Assembly (NCBI GenBank): GCA_046542505.1
Contig: JBKHBH010000008.1
Location: 1-40,395 of the forward strand
Source: Thermovirgaceae bacterium
Lineage (GTDB): Bacteria; Synergistota; Synergistia; Synergistales; Thermovirgaceae
Length of the DNA stretch: 40,395 bases
Reading direction: 5' to 3'
The notes under the pieces are model-generated. The model made no database searches, had not been told where the DNA came from, and saw nothing but the letters and a program-made list of their open reading frames with translations. Shown piece after piece: positions 9,648 to 18,613 of the stretch. Made by a program: the position numbers and the translations under genes. Position 1 is the stretch's first letter. The number at the start of each line of letters is the position of its first letter.

Positions 9648-11036
9648 ATGCAAAGAAGAGACAGATGGCGCCTTTTCATCGTCGGCATCGTGATCGTAGC
9701 TGCTCTGGTTTCTGTCTTCCCCCTTGAGGGTCGTATCCGCCTGGGACTTGATCTCAAAGGGGGAGCCCACATTCTGCTCCAGGCGAAGGGCACCCCCGAA
9801 AATCCCCTGACGGATGACAGCGTGCAGCGGCTTATCGCGGTATTAAGGAACAGGGTTGACCAGTACGGTGTTACGGAGCCCGTCATACAGCGGGAGGGAA
9901 GCGACAGGGTCATAGTCGATCTGCCTGGGGTATCGGACCCGGAAGCTGCCCTCGAACTGATAGGGAAAACGGCACAGTTGGAGTTCCGGGAGGTCGTGGA
10001 AGCTGGTTCCGCCCTTCCACCGGGCCCCGAGCGGCCGAATTACGAGAGCCAGGAAGCCTATATGGAGGCATTGCGGCGCTGGGAAGAGGTCAAAAACGAG
10101 CGCGAACGCCTCGCCGAACAGCTGACGCTTCGTGCCGAAGACGAACCGAATCTCGATGTTTCCCGGGGAGAGGAAGGTGGCGTTTATCTTCTCGGGACGA
10201 CCTACGTGACTGGTAAATCTCTGGAGGATGCCAAGACGAATTTCGACAATCTCGGAAGGCCTGTGGTGACTCTCGAGTTCGACAATGAAGGGTCACGGCA
10301 ATTTGACGAGGCCACGGCTGGGAATGTGGGACGCCAGATAGCCATCGTGCTCGACGGGAAAGTGATTTCGGCTCCGGTAGTCCAGGAGCGGATAAGCGGC
10401 GGGAATGCCCAGATATCGGGCAATTTTTCCACAGACGAGGCACAGCGTCTTTCGATCATGCTCAGGGCAGGTGCACTGCCGGTGCCTGTGGAAATTCTCG
10501 AGAACAGATCTGTCGGTCCGACTCTCGGCGCCGACTCAATCCGGTCGGGACTCCGTGCGGGTCTTATCGGAGCTGTGATGGTTATTTTGTTCATGCTCTT
10601 TTATTACGGCAGGCTTGGTGTTATCGCGAATGCGGCGCTGGTTTCGACGATACTGTTGCTTTTCGCCGGTCTCATAAGCTTGAAGGCGACCCTCACACTG
10701 CCTGGGATCGCCGGTATCATATTGACCATCGGAATGGCCGTGGACGGGAATATCCTGATTTTCGAAAGGATAAAAGAGGAGCTCCGGGAAGGAAAGACCC
10801 CTTACGCGTCCGTTGATGCCGGGTTCAGAAAAGCCCTGAAGACGATCATCGACGCGAATGTCACGACTCTGATCGCCGCCGGGGTATTGTTTTATTTCGG
10901 AAGCGGCCCGATCCGGGGATTCGCCGTAACGCTCTCGATAGGAATCCTTGCCAGCGTCTTCAGTGCCGTCATTGTGACCAGGGCTCTGCTGCAGGTGTTC
11001 CAGAGCAGACGCAAGGCAAGGCCTGCACGGTCTTGA
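9648..11036 (+). CDS. secD: Protein translocase subunit SecD
   Basis: 'LGLDLKGG', 'RVDQYGVTEP', 'LRAGALP', 'VGPTLG', 'GMAVDGNILIFERIKEE', 'DANVTT'. Confidence 0.97.
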   Translation: MQRRDRWRLFIVGIVIVAALVSVFPLEGRIRLGLDLKGGAHILLQAKGTPENPLTDDSVQRLIAVLRNRVDQYGVTEPVIQREGSDRVIVDLPGVSDPEAALELIGKTAQLEFREVVEAGSALPPGPERPNYESQEAYMEALRRWEEVKNERERLAEQLTLRAEDEPNLDVSRGEEGGVYLLGTTYVTGKSLEDAKTNFDNLGRPVVTLEFDNEGSRQFDEATAGNVGRQIAIVLDGKVISAPVVQERISGGNAQISGNFSTDEAQRLSIMLRAGALPVPVEILENRSVGPTLGADSIRSGLRAGLIGAVMVILFMLFYYGRLGVIANAALVSTILLLFAGLISLKATLTLPGIAGIILTIGMAVDGNILIFERIKEELREGKTPYASVDAGFRKALKTIIDANVTTLIAAGVLFYFGSGPIRGFAVTLSIGILASVFSAVIVTRALLQVFQSRRKARPARS

Positions 11037-11057
11037 GGGAAAAAGAGGTGGACCGTC

Positions 11058-11942
11058 ATGTTCATTAAAAAACGCGACTGGAAAATAAATTTCATGCGCT
11101 TCCGCCGGCAGGCGGTACTGTTGAGCGCCGCCCTCATCCTTGCAAGCCTCGGGCTGCTGCTAACCAGGGGACTCAATTTGGGGATCGACTTCAGCGGAGG
11201 CCATCTCGTTCAGGTGGAATTCTCTGAATCCGTTGTGGTTTCCGACGTCAGAAGCCTTTTTGCCGAAATAGGCCAGGAGCAGGCCGTCATCCAGGGATAT
11301 GGAGACAAGGGGATGATCGTGCGGCTCAAGTCATCGACCGAAGATGTCCAGGTGGAGAAAGTCATCGAGACTCTTCGGGAAAATTACAGTGGTATGGAGG
11401 TCCTGCGGCTGGAAAAGGTGGGACCCGTGGTGGGCGAAACTCTGAGAAAGCAGGCTGTCATCGCCGTAGTCATCGCCCTTGCCGGAATCCTGCTTTATAT
11501 CACCGTCAGGTTCAGGCTCCGGTTCGCAGTCTCCAGTGTTCTGGCACTGCTTCATGACGCGATCATCACCCTCGGGGTCTTCAGCCTGACGGGACGGGAA
11601 ATCACCCTGCCTTTTATCGCCGCGATCCTGACCATCGTCGGGTACTCCCTCAACGACACCATCGTGGTACTGGACCGTGTCAGGGAGAACTGGAAAGGCC
11701 TGAGGAAAGAAGGTGTCCTGCCGTTGGTCAACCGGTCCATAAACCAGACCCTGTCTCGAACGGTGAATACATCACTGACGACCTTCCTGCCCGTTCTGGC
11801 GCTCTTTCTGTGGGGCGGGCCGGTTATCGCGAATTTCGCCTTTGCCCTGATGGTAGGTATCATAGTCGGGACCTACAGCTCAATCTACATTTCGGGAACG
11901 ATCATCGGGGAATGGTATCTCAGATCCCCTGAGGGGAAGTGA
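11058..11942 (+). CDS. secF: Protein translocase subunit SecF
   Basis: 'LGIDFSGG', 'GYSLNDTIVVLDRVRE', 'TLSRTVNTS', 'GTYSS'. Confidence 0.97.
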   Translation: MFIKKRDWKINFMRFRRQAVLLSAALILASLGLLLTRGLNLGIDFSGGHLVQVEFSESVVVSDVRSLFAEIGQEQAVIQGYGDKGMIVRLKSSTEDVQVEKVIETLRENYSGMEVLRLEKVGPVVGETLRKQAVIAVVIALAGILLYITVRFRLRFAVSSVLALLHDAIITLGVFSLTGREITLPFIAAILTIVGYSLNDTIVVLDRVRENWKGLRKEGVLPLVNRSINQTLSRTVNTSLTTFLPVLALFLWGGPVIANFAFALMVGIIVGTYSSIYISGTIIGEWYLRSPEGK

Positions 11943-11967
11943 CGGGGGCTCAAGGTAGCACGGACTT

Positions 11968-11996
11968 TTGCACTGCAGTCGTTTCAGCGGTATAGT
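11968..11996 (+). promoter_or_regulatory. Sigma70-type promoter upstream of the radical SAM gene
   Basis: TTGCAC (11968-11973), 17-bp spacer, TATAGT (11991-11996). Confidence 0.7.
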
Positions 11997-12162
11997 ATGA
12001 ATAGAATGGCGATTAAATACCTGGCGTTCGCCTCGGAAAATGCAAGGGTGAAAGGGCTAAAAGGCAAAGGCTCCAATCTGAAAGCCGGTCTTTCCCGAGG
12101 AGGTGGATCGGCATCCGGGTTCTGCCCCTGCCCCCGGGTTTTCCATAAAGGAGGCGGTAGCA

Positions 12163-13605
12163 ATGCCCATGAACGCGTTTGACAGGCTCAAGGGATTTGT
12201 GTCCGGCAAGCTTCTGGACCAGGTTGTCCGTGTCGCCGAAGAGGATGACGAAAAGAAACTCGCTGCACTTTTCGACAACATGTCCAGACTTTCACCGACG
12301 AAATACTACAAGGAAAGCTTTGCTATATTGGCTCGGTATGCCAGGGAAAATCATCCTTTCATCGGCGTGTTCAGGCGCCTTTTCACGGATCTGAACGTGA
12401 ACTGCAGAAAAAAGGCGATCATTAATTTTCTGGTGAATTTCATTATTCTCGGGAGGACCATTCGAGACAGGAAAGAAAAAGAACTGGGAGTGCACCTGCC
12501 TAATTTCATGGTCATCAGCCCGACGATGCGGTGCAACCTGAACTGCAAGGGATGCTATGCATCGGCGTATTCAAAGGAAGACGATCTGCCTTTCGAAGTT
12601 GTGGACAGGATCATTACCGAGGCCAAGGAGCTTGGAATGTATTTTTTCACCTTTTCCGGTGGCGAATGCTTCGTCAGGCCCGACCTGCTCGATTTGTGGG
12701 AAAAGCACAGCGACTGCTATTTCCAGGTTTACACCAATGGAACCCTTCTTGACGAGAAGATGACGGACCGCCTGGTCGAGCTGGGAAACGTGGCACCCAT
12801 GCTCTCCGTCGAAGGGACCCGCGAGGAAACGGACGACCGCAGGGGGAATGGCGTGTACGACAAGGTCATGGAAAGCTTTGAAAGACTCAGGCGAAAGGGC
12901 ATACTCTTCGGTTTCAGTGCCACCTGCACCAGGTCAAGCACGGATTACCTGACAAGCGACAAGTTCATAGAGGAAATGCTCGACAAAGGGTGCAAGGTCG
13001 GGTGGTTCTTTCAGTACATACCGACGGGGAAGGCCCCCGAGCTGGACTATATGGCGACTCCGAAGCAACGGGCGAAGCTTCACGAAAAGATCGAGGAATG
13101 GAGAATGCAGCATCCGATTTTCCTGGGCGATTTCTGGAACGACGGCCCCTACGTGGACGGGTGTATGGCAGGCGGAGAAAGGTACCTGCACATCATCTCC
13201 AACGGGGACGTGGAACCCTGTGTGTTTGTACACTTCGCGGTGGACAACATCAAGGGAAAAAGTTTGCTCGAAGTACTGGAGAGTCCCTTTTTCAAGGATA
13301 TCAGGGATGCGCAGCCTTATGAGGATGACAATCTTCTGTGCCCTTGCCTGATCATTGATCATCCGTCAGTGCTCAGGAAGCTGGTCAAAAAACATGGTGC
13401 ACGACCGACCCACCCGGGTTCGGAAAATATCCTTTCCGAATTGTCGCAAGGTCTCGACGAGTACAGCGAGGAAATTCACGAAGTTTTTGACCCCGAATGG
13501 GAATTGACGGGAAGGGCCAAGTATCTCAAGAGCCTGGAGCGGGAAGACAAGCCCGAGGCCCACAAGAGGATAAGAAAACGCCTGCCCCAGAGGCAAAAGT
13601 CGTAA
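12163..13605 (+). CDS. Radical SAM protein with SPASM/twitch-like C-terminal domain
   Basis: CxxxCxxC 'CNLNCKGC', 'SGGE', 'YTNG', auxiliary-cluster segment 'GCMAGGERYLHIISNGDVEPC...CPC'. Start set at ATG 12163 behind AAGGAGG. Confidence 0.92.
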   Translation: MPMNAFDRLKGFVSGKLLDQVVRVAEEDDEKKLAALFDNMSRLSPTKYYKESFAILARYARENHPFIGVFRRLFTDLNVNCRKKAIINFLVNFIILGRTIRDRKEKELGVHLPNFMVISPTMRCNLNCKGCYASAYSKEDDLPFEVVDRIITEAKELGMYFFTFSGGECFVRPDLLDLWEKHSDCYFQVYTNGTLLDEKMTDRLVELGNVAPMLSVEGTREETDDRRGNGVYDKVMESFERLRRKGILFGFSATCTRSSTDYLTSDKFIEEMLDKGCKVGWFFQYIPTGKAPELDYMATPKQRAKLHEKIEEWRMQHPIFLGDFWNDGPYVDGCMAGGERYLHIISNGDVEPCVFVHFAVDNIKGKSLLEVLESPFFKDIRDAQPYEDDNLLCPCLIIDHPSVLRKLVKKHGARPTHPGSENILSELSQGLDEYSEEIHEVFDPEWELTGRAKYLKSLEREDKPEAHKRIRKRLPQRQKS

Positions 13606-13663
13606 AATAACCGTATTCAGTACCGACACGGCGCTTGTGCGAAGCGCCCAAGGAGTGATGGCG

Positions 13664-14185
13664 ATGAAAAGCTACGCCCTGGCTGTGGCACTGGCCATGC
13701 TTCTGGCTGCCACGTATGCCTTTCAGAATACCGGGGAGATCCTTGTACGCTTTCTCATATGGGAACGGACGATTCCCCAGGGCATATGGGATGTATTGCT
13801 TTTTGCGGCCGGCGGTGTCCTGATGTGGTTCGTGTCTCTTTTCGCCCTGCTTGAGACCCGTGGCAGATATGTTCGGCAGATCCGGGAAAAGGACAAGCGT
13901 ATCAAGGATCTGGAAGAGGAGCGTGTTTCCCTGATGGCAGCCTTCAGGACACGCCCTGAACCGCCTGGGGAAAAACCCGCCGACACAGAACCAGCTCCGG
14001 AAAAGACATTTCCTGTAACGACTGAGCCGCCTGGAGAACCTGCCTTTGGAGAAAACGGCGAAGAAGAACATGAAGACAAGACACTTCCCGATGAAAAACT
14101 TCGTTCTTTTGAGGAAAATGAGCCGGATGCCGGACAGCCTGAAGTTTTCCTCGACGAGCAGGAAGACGAAACGAAAGGGGTCTGA
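13664..14185 (+). CDS. LapA (DUF1049) domain membrane protein with coiled coil and acidic Pro-rich tail
   Basis: 'YAFQNT...V.FLIW', two hydrophobic segments, then 'RQIREKDKRIKDLEEE'. ATG 13664 behind AAGGAG. Confidence 0.7.
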   Translation: MKSYALAVALAMLLAATYAFQNTGEILVRFLIWERTIPQGIWDVLLFAAGGVLMWFVSLFALLETRGRYVRQIREKDKRIKDLEEERVSLMAAFRTRPEPPGEKPADTEPAPEKTFPVTTEPPGEPAFGENGEEEHEDKTLPDEKLRSFEENEPDAGQPEVFLDEQEDETKGV

Positions 14186-14199
14186 TTTTCCCATTGCCG

Positions 14200-15846
14200 A
14201 TGTCCTACCCGAAGGCGCGGGTCTTGATCGATGAAATAACCCCCGCCGACCATCACATTGCAGCGGCCCTCGGCTGCGCTCCAGTGACCGCAGCGGTTCT
14301 TCGGATGAGAGGGTTTGCTTCTGAAGAAGAGTTCGACAAGGCTCGGGAGTGGTTGCGCCCGAGCCTTGACATATCTCTCGACGATCTGGAATTTGGAACC
14401 TCAGGAGAAAAAGCGCGAGGTTTGTGGAAAGGTCGCCTGAAACCGAAACGAATGGTCGTCTATGGAGATTATGACGTGGACGGGGTCTGTTCTACCGTGC
14501 TGGCCGTTGAACTCGGCCTCGGCGAATTCGGCGACGTGCGGTATTATATTCCCCATCGACATCGTCAGGGATACGGCGTTCACGAAGATGTGATCGATGC
14601 CGTAAAAAAAACCGGGTGTGATTTTCTTGTCGCGGTGGATTGCGGGACCCGGGATGTAAAGGCTCTCGAGACGGCTGTCGCCAGTGGCCTGAAGGTCCTG
14701 GTATTCGACCATCATGCGCCGGGCCCCGAACTTCCGGAGGGAGCGGTCGTGGTGAATCCCCATGTCGAAGGTTCTGAAAAGGGGCGGGATCTCTGCGCAA
14801 CAGCGGTGCTCTGGGCCTGGGCCTGGAAGCAGGGAATCGCAGACAGGAAATGGCTTCTCTCGCGTCTTGATCTCGTTGCCCTGGCGACGGTGGCGGATTC
14901 AATGATTCTCTCACAGGCAAACCGTGTGCTGGTCCGGGAAGGACTTCGGGAAATCCGCAGCGGCAGGCGAGAAGGACTGGATGTCCTGATTCGGGAACTG
15001 GATGTCAACAAACGCCGCATTGATGAGGAAGATCTCGCCATGAAAGTCATACCCTGCCTGAACGCGGCGGGAAGACTCGGGCTCGCGGAACTCGCCGTCA
15101 AGGTCTTGCTCGGAGAAGGAAGTACGAGGCGAAACGTTCACGGGCTGATATCGCTGAACAAAAAGCGCCAGAAGATATCCCGGGCCCTTGTTGATGAAAT
15201 TTCGACATCACTTCAAAAGGGGAACTTCGTTCTTCGCGGAGATAACTGGCCTGTCGGGGTCTTGAGCAGCGTTGCCAGCAGGCTGTGCAACGATTTTGAC
15301 AAAGCCGTGGCGCTGGCCGCTCCCGCGGGGGATTCCATAAGGGGGACGCTCAGAGTGCCGCCGGGTGGAAACGCCCTTGAAGTGCTGGGATCTGTCGAGG
15401 ACAAGCTTGGAGCCTGGGGCGGCCATGAAAGGGCTGCGGGGTTCACCGTGGAAGACAACCTGTGGGAAGAACTCTGCTCAAGTCTGGAAGACCAGCTGGG
15501 CAGGATCGTGTCCGTACGGGAACCCCTCAATGTTCTGGCCTGCAGTCCATTGGACCATACAGAGGGAAGCCTTGAGGAAATCGGGAGACTCGGGCCCTTC
15601 GGAAACGGCAATCCAAGGCCTCTTTTCTATGCACAGAAAGAGGAACCTGTTGAGTTTCTGCCCCTGGGCAAGGACGGAAGACATTACCGAATCCGGTCGA
15701 AAGCGGGAGATTTTTTGGCCTTTAACGCAGCGGGGGCGGAGGATGAGCTTTGCGGGGCAGTGGGATGGATCTACCGGCCACGTGTGAATTACTGGCGCGG
15801 TCGGACGAAGGTTGATATGCTTCTTGAAAACGTGGTGGTTCCGTAG
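14200..15846 (+). CDS. recJ: Single-stranded DNA exonuclease RecJ (DHH/DHHA1)
   Basis: 'YGDYDVDG', 'VDCG', 'FDHH', 'ATVAD', 'NAAGRLG', 'GGH..AAG', 'GPFGNGNP'. Start may be 14194 (TTG) or 14200 (ATG). Confidence 0.88.
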   Translation: MSYPKARVLIDEITPADHHIAAALGCAPVTAAVLRMRGFASEEEFDKAREWLRPSLDISLDDLEFGTSGEKARGLWKGRLKPKRMVVYGDYDVDGVCSTVLAVELGLGEFGDVRYYIPHRHRQGYGVHEDVIDAVKKTGCDFLVAVDCGTRDVKALETAVASGLKVLVFDHHAPGPELPEGAVVVNPHVEGSEKGRDLCATAVLWAWAWKQGIADRKWLLSRLDLVALATVADSMILSQANRVLVREGLREIRSGRREGLDVLIRELDVNKRRIDEEDLAMKVIPCLNAAGRLGLAELAVKVLLGEGSTRRNVHGLISLNKKRQKISRALVDEISTSLQKGNFVLRGDNWPVGVLSSVASRLCNDFDKAVALAAPAGDSIRGTLRVPPGGNALEVLGSVEDKLGAWGGHERAAGFTVEDNLWEELCSSLEDQLGRIVSVREPLNVLACSPLDHTEGSLEEIGRLGPFGNGNPRPLFYAQKEEPVEFLPLGKDGRHYRIRSKAGDFLAFNAAGAEDELCGAVGWIYRPRVNYWRGRTKVDMLLENVVVP

Positions 15847-15875
15847 GCGCTGCGGCGCCGGAAGGTGATGATCCA

Positions 15876-18158
15876 ATGGATCGAAAGGGCAAGGTCTTTC
15901 GAGAAAGCGTAGGACTTCATGGAGGAGAGAAGGCAAAACATGGTGAGATGAAGTCTCTTCGTCTTTTGAGGGACAGTTTTGTAGGCCGCTTTCCGGAAGA
16001 ACAGCGGACGATGGCGGTAAAAATGGCATGGCAGGAGTTCTGGGGGAAAACCGCGAAGTACCTTTCGCGGGAAGACCTCTCGCATTGCGGCGAGGCCGTG
16101 GTCTTCGCCACGAAAGCCCATGCGAACCAGAAACGTCTTACCGGTGAGCCTTATATCATTCACGCCATTCGAGTCGCCTCGATCCTCGCCGACATGGAAC
16201 TTGACACCCAGACGCTTATCGCTGCATTGCTTCATGATGTTCTCGAGGATACGGAGATATCGGCCGAGGGCCTCGAAGAATCCTTCGGGGATGAAGTCCG
16301 CATTCTCGTGGACGGTGTTACGAAACTGGGAAAGCTGCCCTTCAAATCCTTTGAGGACTACCAGGCGGAAAACCTCAGGAAAATGTTTCTGGTCATGGCA
16401 AAAGACATCAGGGTGGTCCTGATAAAGCTCGCCGACAGGCTTCATAACATGCGCACCATTCACGCGCTCCGCAGGGAGAAGCAGACGCGGATAGCAAGGG
16501 AGACACTCGAGATTTACGCCCCGCTCGCTCACAGGCTGGGAATCTACCAGATCAAGCGGGAACTCGAGGATCTGGCCTTCAAGATAACCGATCCAGAAGC
16601 CTATTACGAAATCCGCCGCCGGGTCCGAAAGAAACTGCCGGAGCGGGAAGAAACGATCAAAAAAGCTATTGAGGTCCTTGAAAAGCGTCTTTCGGAAGAA
16701 GGGATAGAGGCATATATAACGGGGAGGGCGAAGCATTTTTTCAGCATCTACGAGAAGATGCGCAGAAAAAACGTTTCGCTGGAGGAACTTTTCGACCTCC
16801 TGGCCCTGCGTGTAACGGTGCAAAGCGTGGCCGACTGCTACACCGTGCTCGGGATCGTTCACACCATATGGAAGCCCCTGCCGGGGCAGTTCGACGATTA
16901 CATAGCGAATCCGAAGAACAACATGTACCAGTCCCTTCACACCGCCGTCATGGGACCCAGCGCCGAGCCGCTGGAGATACAGATCAGGACCTGGGAAATG
17001 CACTGGATTGCCGAATACGGCATTGCCTCGCACTGGAGATACAAGGAAAAACGACAGAAACAGGACGAACTTGACCAAAAACTGGACTGGATCAGGCAGG
17101 TTCTTGAAGCGCAGGCGGACAGCAGCGAGCCTTCGGAATTTCTGGAGCACGTCAAGGCAGACGTTCTTTCATCGGAGGTTTTTGTTTTCACCCCGAAAGG
17201 TGATGTGGTTTCCCTGCCGAACGGGTCGACTCCAATCGATTTCGCGTATACGATTCATACAGAAATAGGGAACCACTTCGTTGGAGCCATGGTGAACAAC
17301 CGCATCGTTCCCATCGACTACAGGATCCAGAACGGAGATATTGTCAAAGTCATGACATCTCCGCAGGGACGTCCTTCAAGAGACTGGCTCAAGATCGCCA
17401 AAAGCAGCCGTGCCCGAAGCAAGATCAGGGCTTACTTCAGGCAGAAAGAAAAGTCAGACAGGGAGGAAAAGACCGCCAAGGGGCGTGAACAGCTTGAAAG
17501 GGAACTCCAGCGGCGGCGCCCGGATCTTGATGTCGACCTGGTTAATTCAGGCCCCCTGTTGAACAAGGTCGCCAGAGATATGGGGTTCGCGAACGGTGAG
17601 GATTTGCTCGTGGCCATTGGAGCTGGTGACCTGAACGCCCAGGCTGCTGCGGCGAAGTTTCCCGAGACCAGGGAGGAGATTTCGCCTCATGAAGTGGTTG
17701 GGGAGACGATAAAGAAAGAGTCGGACACGGAAGTCACCGTGGAGGGGGCTCCAGGGGTCCTCGTCGCCATGGCGAACTGCTGCAAGCCCGTGCCGGGAGA
17801 CGAAATTGTCGGTTTCGTGACAAAAAGCCGGGGGATAACCGTTCACAGGAAAGATTGCCCAAACATAGCTGATGTCTCAGAAGAGCGGTTTGTCGACGTC
17901 GAGTGGGGGACGAAGACCTCGGACCGCTATTCGAGCCGGCTTCGCCTTGAAGGAGTGGACAGACCAGGGCTATTCGCCGATGTGGCGCAGGGCATCAACA
18001 CCACGGAAGGATCCATCGTCCAGATCAAGGCCTTTGTGGCAGGCGGCAACCGTGCGAGGATGAACATAGACCTCGAGGTGAAAGACCTCGAGCATCTTTA
18101 TCGGGTGATAGCGAAACTGAACAGCATACAGGGTGTCATCGAAGTCCTTCGGGGGTGA
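15876..18158 (+). CDS. rel: Long RelA/SpoT homologue, (p)ppGpp synthetase/hydrolase
   Basis: HD motif 'LLHDVLED', 'KLADRLHNMRT', 'YQSLHT', 'EIQIRT', TGS 'TPIDFAY..H', 'CCKPVPGD', ACT 'DRPGL'. Confidence 0.96.
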   Translation: MDRKGKVFRESVGLHGGEKAKHGEMKSLRLLRDSFVGRFPEEQRTMAVKMAWQEFWGKTAKYLSREDLSHCGEAVVFATKAHANQKRLTGEPYIIHAIRVASILADMELDTQTLIAALLHDVLEDTEISAEGLEESFGDEVRILVDGVTKLGKLPFKSFEDYQAENLRKMFLVMAKDIRVVLIKLADRLHNMRTIHALRREKQTRIARETLEIYAPLAHRLGIYQIKRELEDLAFKITDPEAYYEIRRRVRKKLPEREETIKKAIEVLEKRLSEEGIEAYITGRAKHFFSIYEKMRRKNVSLEELFDLLALRVTVQSVADCYTVLGIVHTIWKPLPGQFDDYIANPKNNMYQSLHTAVMGPSAEPLEIQIRTWEMHWIAEYGIASHWRYKEKRQKQDELDQKLDWIRQVLEAQADSSEPSEFLEHVKADVLSSEVFVFTPKGDVVSLPNGSTPIDFAYTIHTEIGNHFVGAMVNNRIVPIDYRIQNGDIVKVMTSPQGRPSRDWLKIAKSSRARSKIRAYFRQKEKSDREEKTAKGREQLERELQRRRPDLDVDLVNSGPLLNKVARDMGFANGEDLLVAIGAGDLNAQAAAAKFPETREEISPHEVVGETIKKESDTEVTVEGAPGVLVAMANCCKPVPGDEIVGFVTKSRGITVHRKDCPNIADVSEERFVDVEWGTKTSDRYSSRLRLEGVDRPGLFADVAQGINTTEGSIVQIKAFVAGGNRARMNIDLEVKDLEHLYRVIAKLNSIQGVIEVLRG

Positions 18159-18610
18159 AGGTTTTGCGGGCAGTCGTGCAGCGGGTCAGTCGGGCAGAAG
18201 TCAGGGTTGGAGGAAAGGCAACGGGGAAGATCAAGCATGGCCTTTGCGTTTTTCTTGGGGTTCACCGGGACGATGAGGCGGAAGCCATAGGGTGGATGGC
18301 GGAAAAACTTGTAAATTTGAGGATTTTCGAAGATGATTCGGGTAAGATGAATCGTTCCCTGCTCGATGTGGGGGGATCCCTCCTGGTAGTTTCCCAGTTC
18401 ACATTGTACGGAGATTGCCGAAAAGGGCGGCGGCCCTCCTTCGTCGAGGCCGCCGAGCCGGGCAAGGCGAAGTCGTTTTACGAAAAGTTCATCGAAACGG
18501 CCCGGTCCTTGGGGGTCCGGACTCATGAAGGGGTATTTCAGGCCATGATGGACGTGGAACTGACGAATCAGGGACCGGTTACACTCGTTGTTGAAAGCAG
18601 GAGGGATTGA
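18155..18610 (+). CDS. dtd: D-aminoacyl-tRNA deacylase
   Basis: 'AVVQRV', 'LRIFED..GKMN', 'SQFTL', 'N.GPVT'. GTGA overlap with rel. Confidence 0.96.
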   Translation: MKVLRAVVQRVSRAEVRVGGKATGKIKHGLCVFLGVHRDDEAEAIGWMAEKLVNLRIFEDDSGKMNRSLLDVGGSLLVVSQFTLYGDCRKGRRPSFVEAAEPGKAKSFYEKFIETARSLGVRTHEGVFQAMMDVELTNQGPVTLVVESRRD

Positions 18611-18613
18611 CCT

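Noticed and set aside
3687..13640. Shared GCTTGTGC core in the hairpins before dnaG and before the LapA-domain gene
   Set aside because: Only 8 nt in two places with different stems. Compatible with chance; not a supportable repeat family.
15789..17150. 453-aa minus-strand ORF antisense to rel, and similar shadows over hppA, minC/minD and tgt
   Set aside because: Antisense shadow ORFs with no domain signatures, overlapping well-supported genes.
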